From: Clostridium sp. UBA701
GTDB lineage: Bacteria > Bacillota > Clostridia > Clostridiales > Clostridiaceae
Direction: 5' to 3'
Assembly (NCBI GenBank): GCA_002298125.1
Contig: DBMJ01000016.1
Span: forward strand, 1-64,000
DNA length: 64,000 bases
The notes beneath the pieces are model-generated. The model was not told the DNA's origin and made no database searches. It was given only the letters and a program-made list of their open reading frames with translations. A program made the translations under genes and the position numbers. This document shows, one piece after another, positions 57,788 through 64,000 of the stretch (within the stretch, counting starts at the first letter, position 1; each line of letters opens with the position of its first letter).

Positions 57788-58348
57788 ATGTCTAGTAATC
57801 CATATGCCTATTTGCAAAATGAAAAATTTGAAGAGATTAAAAATTTAGGGCCAGAGTACATGCCATATATTTTAAAGGAAATAGGTGAGAATCCAGCTGC
57901 AGTGTTTGCATTATGGGAAATAAAAGATATTTCTAAAGCTTATAACTTACCCAAATGGGACAGTGATGACCAGTGTGTTAGCATTTGGAATCAATATGTG
58001 GAGAATTTTCCAGAGGAGTTTAACAAATTAAAAAAAGAGTTGTATTCTGAAACTGATACCGAAAAAATCAAATTAAAGTCTCAAGAAATAAAGGATTTAG
58101 GATATTTAGCTTTACCATTTATTGTAGAAGAAAACAATGAAAGGATGGATACAATAGCGAAACAATTATTTAGAGATAATATTAATCAAGTATCATATTC
58201 TGAATCTAACATGAATAGCTCTGAAAGTGAAAATACAACTATAGAGGAAAAAATAGATTCTAAACTTAAAAATTACAAAGCATTGGTGGAACTCAATAAA
58301 AATGTAAGCAGTTTAAATAAATTCAAAATAAATATAAAGTATAAGTAA
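57788..58348 (+). CDS. hypothetical protein (C-terminal segment; +1 frame relative to 57600 ORF)
   Basis: 186 aa ORF; its frame is open back to the stop at 57734-57736, i.e. into the A-tract, so one extra A would fuse it to the signal-peptide ORF. Confidence 0.5.
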   Translation: MSSNPYAYLQNEKFEEIKNLGPEYMPYILKEIGENPAAVFALWEIKDISKAYNLPKWDSDDQCVSIWNQYVENFPEEFNKLKKELYSETDTEKIKLKSQEIKDLGYLALPFIVEENNERMDTIAKQLFRDNINQVSYSESNMNSSESENTTIEEKIDSKLKNYKALVELNKNVSSLNKFKINIKYK

Positions 58349-58452
58349 ATTCAATATATAATAGTGAGTCAAATATAAAGTATTTTATAATATTTAAAAA
58401 ATGTGCAAGGGACTGGCAACTAACTGAATTAATAGTTGCCAGTCCCTTGTTT

Positions 58453-61008
58453 TTACATTAAATGAGTTTTTATTACTTCCTCCTTGGAGGCTTGTTTTTC
58501 AATATTGTTTACTACCTTTACAGAGTCATTAGTGCTGCCAAGGAGAATTCCACCCACCAGCCTTCTGTTTTTTAAGAATAGCTTTTTATATTGAAGCTTT
58601 CCAGCGGTCTTATAGCCAAGCTCCTCAAAGCTTTCATCCTTTGCACACACATCTCCTGCAGAGAACAGATTGATATTTAGTGCATTAAACATTATGGAGG
58701 AAACAAAATCTGCAAATTCCTTTTCATCTCCTACGGCCGCTGCTCCTGCTACCTTGCCCATCTCTGTAGCTGCAGGCCAGTTTCCAAATACCCTTCCATT
58801 ATATTCAGCCACATCTCCGCAGGCATATATATTAGGTATATTGGTCTCCATTTTCTTATTGACTATTATTCCCCTATTTACTGCTATTCCTGCATTTTCT
58901 GCCAGGGCTTTATTAGGACGAATGCCCACAGATAAAAGCACCATATCTCCCTGAAGTACCTTTCCGCTCTTTAATCTTACTCCGCTTACAGAGTCTTCTC
59001 CAAGGATTTCTTCCACAGCCTCGTTAAGGTATATGTCTACACCACAGCTGTCTATGAAAGGCTTTGCCAGAGAAGAACCCTCATCATCAAGCTGCATAGG
59101 CAAAAGTCTAGGAGCAAGCTCCACTACAGAAACCTTAATACCAAGCTTTTTCATCTCCCAAGCTGCCTCTAAACCCAGCACTCCACCGCCAATTATTACT
59201 GCACTCTTGCTTTCCTCTAGTGCAGTCTTTATTTTAGTTGCATCCTCAAAGGTTCTAAGTACAAATACATTTTTGTGCTCTGCACCCTTTATAGGTGGAA
59301 CAAAGGCACTGCTGCCATTTGCCAAAATAAGCTTGTCATAGGATATCTCCATACCATTATTAAGCACTAAAAGCTTATTTTCTGGTTTTAGCTCTTTTAC
59401 AACAACTCCAAGGGTAAGAGTAATATTATTTTCACTATACCAGTTTTTGTTTACTAGATAGAAATCTCTTTCTGGAATTTCTGAGCTTAAATAATCAGAA
59501 AGCTGAGGCTTGTAGTAGGTAAGCTCACTCTCAGAGGAGATAATCTCTATATCTGCTGCAGAGTTTCTCTTTCTTATGGCATCTGCTGCATAAAAGCCTG
59601 CAGCACCATTACCTATTATTATAAACTTTTCTTTTTTGTCACTGTGGAAGCTTATTATTTCCTCAGATACCTCTACAAATTGGTCTGAGCCTGCACCACA
59701 TGCTGGACAAACCTCTGGAGGAACCTCTCCTTCTAATATAAGCCCGCATACTATGCATTTCCACTTCTTTTTAGGCTTTTTATCTGCCTTTTCTGAGCTC
59801 TTATTTAGTTTTAATAGCAGCTCCTCCCCAAAGCCTTTCCCAAAGCTTACACACTGCTTAAGCTCCTCATAAGAAGGCTTAAAGTTTATTTTTAAACCCG
59901 GTATTAGCTTCATTCTAAGCTCTTTTAGCCTATTAATAATATTATCCACAGCTTCTCCACTCCAGCCATAGGAACCAAAGGCTGAGCAAAGCTTATCACC
60001 ATGGACTATAGGGCTTAAGCTTATGAGTAAATCCATCACAGGTAAAAGAGCATCACTGTTTATGGTAGGAGAACCAAAAATAATGCCGTCAGCATTTAAC
60101 ATATCCCCTAGAATATCCTCTTTTTTCTCTTTAATAATATCGTAGAGGTGAATTTCAAAGGGGTGGACTTCTTTTAAGCCCTCTGCTATCTTCATGGCCA
60201 TGCTCTCTGTATAGCCATAGGCAGATACATAGGGGATTACTATTTTGGGTTCAGGGTTCTTTTCTAAGGGTTCACTCCACTGTCTGTAAAGCTCTACTAT
60301 CTTCCAGGGGTCCTGTCTTAAAATAGGTCCGTGACCAGGGCAGATTATTTCTATATCAAGGTTTTTTATCTTATCGTAAGCCCTTAATAGGTGAGGCTTA
60401 AAGGGAGATATTATCATGTCATAGTAATATCTAAGGGCAGTGTTATAATCCTCAATATTTGGAATGAGGTCATTATACATCTCCTCAAAGCAGTAGTGAC
60501 TGCCGAAGGAATCACAGGTTAATAGAAGCTTATCCTCCTCCACATAGGTGTAGATGGAATCTGGCCAATGTAAAAAGGGTGCATTGATAAACTTTAAGGT
60601 CTTATCACCAAGGGATAAGGTATCCCCATCTTTTACAGTAATGGCCTCAAAGCTTCTGTTGGCAATGGCTTTTAGAAATTGTATTGCCATGGCAGATCCC
60701 ACTACCTTAGCCTTTGGAGCTAGTTCTAGAAGCTTTGCCACGGAACCTGCATGGTCAGGCTCTGTATGGTCTACTACAATGTAGTCTATACTGCTTATAT
60801 CAATATCAAGGGATTGAAGCCTTTCTAGATATTCAGGGAAAAATTTTTCCTTTACGGTTTCAAAGATAGCAGTTTTTTGCGAACCCTTTACTACATAAGA
60901 ATTGTAGGTAGTACCAAAGGGTGTGTACATGATTATATCAAACACTCTCAGGTTAAAGTCCTGGGCCCCGACCCAATAAATATCCTTTTTAATCTCTAAG
61001 GATTTCAT
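58453..61008 (-). CDS. multidomain flavodiiron protein: metallo-beta-lactamase-like diiron + flavodoxin + rubredoxin + NAD(P)H:rubredoxin oxidoreductase (class-F-type FDP fusion)
   Basis: H.E.DH diiron motif ([11 protein letters not shown]), flavodoxin segment, rubredoxin CxxC...CPxC (CIVCG...CPACG), two Rossmann GxGxxG motifs; start set at third ATG (MKSLEIKK) with GGAGGAG RBS. Confidence 0.85.
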   Translation of the reverse strand: MKSLEIKKDIYWVGAQDFNLRVFDIIMYTPFGTTYNSYVVKGSQKTAIFETVKEKFFPEYLERLQSLDIDISSIDYIVVDHTEPDHAGSVAKLLELAPKAKVVGSAMAIQFLKAIANRSFEAITVKDGDTLSLGDKTLKFINAPFLHWPDSIYTYVEEDKLLLTCDSFGSHYCFEEMYNDLIPNIEDYNTALRYYYDMIISPFKPHLLRAYDKIKNLDIEIICPGHGPILRQDPWKIVELYRQWSEPLEKNPEPKIVIPYVSAYGYTESMAMKIAEGLKEVHPFEIHLYDIIKEKKEDILGDMLNADGIIFGSPTINSDALLPVMDLLISLSPIVHGDKLCSAFGSYGWSGEAVDNIINRLKELRMKLIPGLKINFKPSYEELKQCVSFGKGFGEELLLKLNKSSEKADKKPKKKWKCIVCGLILEGEVPPEVCPACGAGSDQFVEVSEEIISFHSDKKEKFIIIGNGAAGFYAADAIRKRNSAADIEIISSESELTYYKPQLSDYLSSEIPERDFYLVNKNWYSENNITLTLGVVVKELKPENKLLVLNNGMEISYDKLILANGSSAFVPPIKGAEHKNVFVLRTFEDATKIKTALEESKSAVIIGGGVLGLEAAWEMKKLGIKVSVVELAPRLLPMQLDDEGSSLAKPFIDSCGVDIYLNEAVEEILGEDSVSGVRLKSGKVLQGDMVLLSVGIRPNKALAENAGIAVNRGIIVNKKMETNIPNIYACGDVAEYNGRVFGNWPAATEMGKVAGAAAVGDEKEFADFVSSIMFNALNINLFSAGDVCAKDESFEELGYKTAGKLQYKKLFLKNRRLVGGILLGSTNDSVKVVNNIEKQASKEEVIKTHLM

Positions 61009-61310
61009 CATATCTCCTCCATACATATGTTAATAAATTATTAATAAATAACAATTGTCCGTTATTTTTATTATAATACAGCTTAGCTCATACTTCAATT
61101 CTTTAGTAGTATTACTATTAGCTCATAATTCAATTATTTAGTAGTATTACTATTAGCGCATAATTCAAATATTTATTAGTATTACTATATGTAAAATCAT
61201 CTTACCTTATATTTCCCGTTATAAAAGTAAAAAAATTCATACTACTTCACAATTTTAGTGTTATAATTTTACCATAATGCATAATTAAAACCCGCGGGGA
61301 GGAATTAACT

Positions 61311-62267
61311 ATGAACGTAGAGAAATTTGTGGACTTTAGAGAAAGACTTACGGAAAACATCGGGGAAGTAATAGTAGGAAAGAAAGATAGGATTGACAAG
61401 ATAATTGTAGCCTTTATATGTTCTGGTCATGTACTATTAGAGGATGTACCAGGTCTTGGCAAAACAAAGCTGGCAAAGGCTCTATCAAAATCCTTAAACT
61501 GCAGCTTCAAAAGAATTCAATTTACCCCAGATTTATTGCCTTCAGATCTTACAGGAATATATTTTTACAACCAAAAGACCTCAGAATTTGAATTTAGAAA
61601 GGGGCCCCTTTTAAGTCAGCTTGTACTTGCAGATGAAATAAACAGAGCAACCCCAAGAACTCAATCTGCACTACTAGAATGTATGGAAGAGAGACAAATA
61701 ACTGTAGAGGGAAATACCGTTATTCTAGAAAGCCCATTTTTCGTTATTGCAACACAAAACCCAGTGGAGCAGTTTGGAACCTTCCCACTGCCAGAGGCTC
61801 AGCTGGATAGATTTTTCATGAGATTATCCATGGGCTATCCAGATTATCAAGAAGAAAAGACTATGATGAAGAGATTCAAGGAAGAGGATCCACTAGATTC
61901 ACTGCAGGCTATTATGTCCATGGAAGATATACACTATGTTCAAAACAATTATCATAAGGTACATTTAAGCGAAGAGGTAATGGAATACATTCTAAATATA
62001 GTATTAAGCACAAGGGATCATAGAGAGCTAGAGCTTGGGGCAAGTCCAAGAGCAAGTCTTAATCTCATGAGGGGAAGTCAGGCCTTGGCAGCAATAAAGG
62101 GACGAGATTACGTACTGCCAGAGGATGTTAGAGAGCTTGCTGTGCCAATCCTATCCCATAGATTAATTTTAAAGAGCTCCATGAATTCTACCATAAATGG
62201 AGGAGAAGAAATAGTAGAAGAAATTCTGCAGAAGGTGGAGGCTCCACTAGAAGCCATCAGGGAGTGA
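61311..62267 (+). CDS. MoxR-family AAA+ ATPase
   Basis: 318 aa; Walker A PGLGKT, Walker B LLADEINR; typical MoxR length. Confidence 0.9.
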   Translation: MNVEKFVDFRERLTENIGEVIVGKKDRIDKIIVAFICSGHVLLEDVPGLGKTKLAKALSKSLNCSFKRIQFTPDLLPSDLTGIYFYNQKTSEFEFRKGPLLSQLVLADEINRATPRTQSALLECMEERQITVEGNTVILESPFFVIATQNPVEQFGTFPLPEAQLDRFFMRLSMGYPDYQEEKTMMKRFKEEDPLDSLQAIMSMEDIHYVQNNYHKVHLSEEVMEYILNIVLSTRDHRELELGASPRASLNLMRGSQALAAIKGRDYVLPEDVRELAVPILSHRLILKSSMNSTINGGEEIVEEILQKVEAPLEAIRE

Positions 62268-62271
62268 TAGC

Positions 62272-63399
62272 ATGAGTAATTACCTAATCTTCGTGGTGAT
62301 TTCAGGGCTTCTGATTATTATAGGGAGAGTTACCCGAGCTAAGGGTTTTAATAAATTGACTATAAGGCGCCAAAGTGACAAGGTGCTGGTAAATCAGGGA
62401 GATACCTTTAAGATAACCACCATAATAGAAAACAATAAACTCTTACCCTTGTCCTTTATGGTGATGAAGGAGAAGATTCCAGGGAATATTCCAAGATGTA
62501 AGGCAGATTATGACTTTTCTGAAAGAGGGCTATACCTATATTACTTAAGTAAGTTCACTGTGCTTTGGTATGAGAGAATGAAGAGAACCTATGAGTATAA
62601 AGCTGAGAAAAGGGGTACCTATCTTTTAAAGGAAATTGAGGTAGCCATAGGTGATATATTTGGTTTTTCTTCTACCACTGAGGATCTAGAGGACTTTCTA
62701 GAGGTGGTGGTACTTCCAAGGGTGGTTCCGCTGAAACAGCTAAAGTTTGAAAGTACAAGCATTACAGGAGACAATATAGTAAAGAGATGGATATATAGAG
62801 ACCCTCTATATATAAAAGGAATTAGAGAATATAACAAGGAAGACAGAATGAAGGACATACATTGGAAATCCAGCCTAAAGATGAATAAGCTCATGGTTAA
62901 GGACTATGACTTCACCTCAGAAAGTGAATTTGTGGTGATTTTAAGCGTTCAGTGTGGTGAACCCTACTGGGCAAAGATCAATCCTGACACTGTGGAGAGA
63001 GGAATTACCCTTGCTGCAGCCTTCACCTCTGCTATCTTAGAAAATGGATTTCCTGTAGGCTTTTGGACAAATGCCCAGATTTCTGCCTTTCATTCAAAAA
63101 ACATTAACTCTGTAGCTCCCTCCATGAACTCTATGAGAACTATACTGGAGATGCTTGGGAGGGCAGATTACACCCCTAGAAAGGAATTTGGGGATTTTCT
63201 ACTTGAAAAGCAAAGGGATTTTAATCATCACTGTACCTATATTATGCTGCTGCCCTACCTTAATGAAGAGGATGCAGCAGTTATTACAAAGCTAATTAAG
63301 GCTGGATATATGCTAAAGGTTATAGACATCTCAAAGGATGGAGATTTAACTGTTCCTCATGGCGTGGAAAAAATAGTTTTCAGGGGGGATAGTCTATGA
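62272..63399 (+). CDS. DUF58-family protein (vWA-like, MoxR partner)
   Basis: 375 aa, N-terminal TM; conserved position after MoxR. Confidence 0.75.
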   Translation: MSNYLIFVVISGLLIIIGRVTRAKGFNKLTIRRQSDKVLVNQGDTFKITTIIENNKLLPLSFMVMKEKIPGNIPRCKADYDFSERGLYLYYLSKFTVLWYERMKRTYEYKAEKRGTYLLKEIEVAIGDIFGFSSTTEDLEDFLEVVVLPRVVPLKQLKFESTSITGDNIVKRWIYRDPLYIKGIREYNKEDRMKDIHWKSSLKMNKLMVKDYDFTSESEFVVILSVQCGEPYWAKINPDTVERGITLAAAFTSAILENGFPVGFWTNAQISAFHSKNINSVAPSMNSMRTILEMLGRADYTPRKEFGDFLLEKQRDFNHHCTYIMLLPYLNEEDAAVITKLIKAGYMLKVIDISKDGDLTVPHGVEKIVFRGDSL

Positions 63400-64000
63400 G
63401 TTGGTCAAGACAGGTAAGGATATTTTATACAGTTTTAGCTGCTATGTTTTTATATATGTTTTGGGGTGTGGCCTCAAATGTAATACTTGGCAATCCCACA
63501 GATTATAGGCTGTATCCCCTTCTAGTGGCCTTAGCTTTTTTACTTCAGTTTGTAAACAGCAGGATGGCTAATGTAAAAAGAGAAAACAGGCAGCTTGTGG
63601 CCATGGGGATATCAGGAGCCCTTGGAGCTTTATACGTATTTTATCAGTATTCAGGTTTGTACATCTTATATAACCTCTTCTTTATGGCTTTGGCAATGTT
63701 CCTTTTCTTTGTGATGGAGGAGGAGGAGGTTAGCTACGATTTGTACAGGGATAGGATAATACAGTCAATTCTTGCACTGGCAGTGGGAGGAATAATGCTT
63801 CTATTTGCCTCAGAGAACACTCTAAATCAGGTGCTGAGATTTTATATATTCTATCTAATATTAGCCGTTATTACCCTAAGAGAGGTTCGAAACTACTCCA
63901 ATAGGATTAGAAATAGAAAAAGCTTTTACACAAACATTGGCTTAGCAGTATTAATAGTGCTTTCCTCTACAAGTATAGTCTATAAATTCTTCTCTAAAAT
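63396..64000 (+). CDS. polytopic membrane protein, third gene of the MoxR-DUF58 triad (probably transglutaminase-like/DUF4129-type); 3' end outside window
   Basis: ATGA start/stop overlap with DUF58 gene; ≥6 TM helices; truncated by window end. Confidence 0.45.
   Translation, partial: MSWSRQVRIFYTVLAAMFLYMFWGVASNVILGNPTDYRLYPLLVALAFLLQFVNSRMANVKRENRQLVAMGISGALGALYVFYQYSGLYILYNLFFMALAMFLFFVMEEEEVSYDLYRDRIIQSILALAVGGIMLLFASENTLNQVLRFYIFYLILAVITLREVRNYSNRIRNRKSFYTNIGLAVLIVLSSTSIVYKFFSK

Noticed and set aside
61311-64000. MoxR-DUF58-membrane protein triad as a novel system
   Set aside because: This three-gene arrangement is widespread and well known in Firmicutes (yeaC-yeaD-yebA-like).

Overview
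This looks like a chromosomal segment from a low-GC, spore-forming Firmicute (Clostridia-like), with about 60 genes on both strands and Shine-Dalgarno motifs ahead of most starts. All homology calls are made by eye from the translations; nothing was run.

Gene content: the core/housekeeping-like genes are a YdbC/PC4-like ssDNA-binding protein, a flotillin (SPFH) protein, hybrid-cluster protein Hcp, a PatB/MalY C-S lyase, nagA, a GntR regulator and nagB, an M16 insulinase-like peptidase, and a RexAB/AddAB-type helicase-nuclease pair. An rnfDGEAB cluster is present with no rnfC. There are several ABC systems: an NMT1-type binding protein, a NitT/TauT ATPase plus permease, a permease-ATPase-permease NatAB-like module, and a three-permease plus ATPase module. 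A GDPD-MFS-acyltransferase-fold trio sits nearby. Other single genes are an LPXTG surface protein, a cytoplasmic VIT-vWA protein beside an orphan PAS histidine kinase and a PilZ protein, and a flavodiiron-rubredoxin-NROR fusion. The window ends with a MoxR/DUF58/membrane-protein triad. A PRD-regulator/PTS IIB-IIC (ascorbate-family) operon carries an unusual enzyme set (phosphotriesterase-family hydrolase, KDPG-aldolase-family, creatininase-family) plus HPr. One tRNA-Glu gene has an unusual CUC anticodon.

Most unusual region: between the addA-like gene and nagA there is a repeat-dense junction. It contains a ~530-bp heptanucleotide (GACAAGT-type) microsatellite that begins inside the addA stop codon. 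It also contains a frameshifted 3' remnant of an IS256-family transposase, an 18-bp tandem repeat plus hairpin, a small charged (spore-protein-like) gene, and nine 15-bp tandem repeats in the nagA 3' region.

A poly-A(7) tract splits a signal-peptide gene at 57.6 kb. There are no CRISPR arrays, no rRNA and no intact mobile element.
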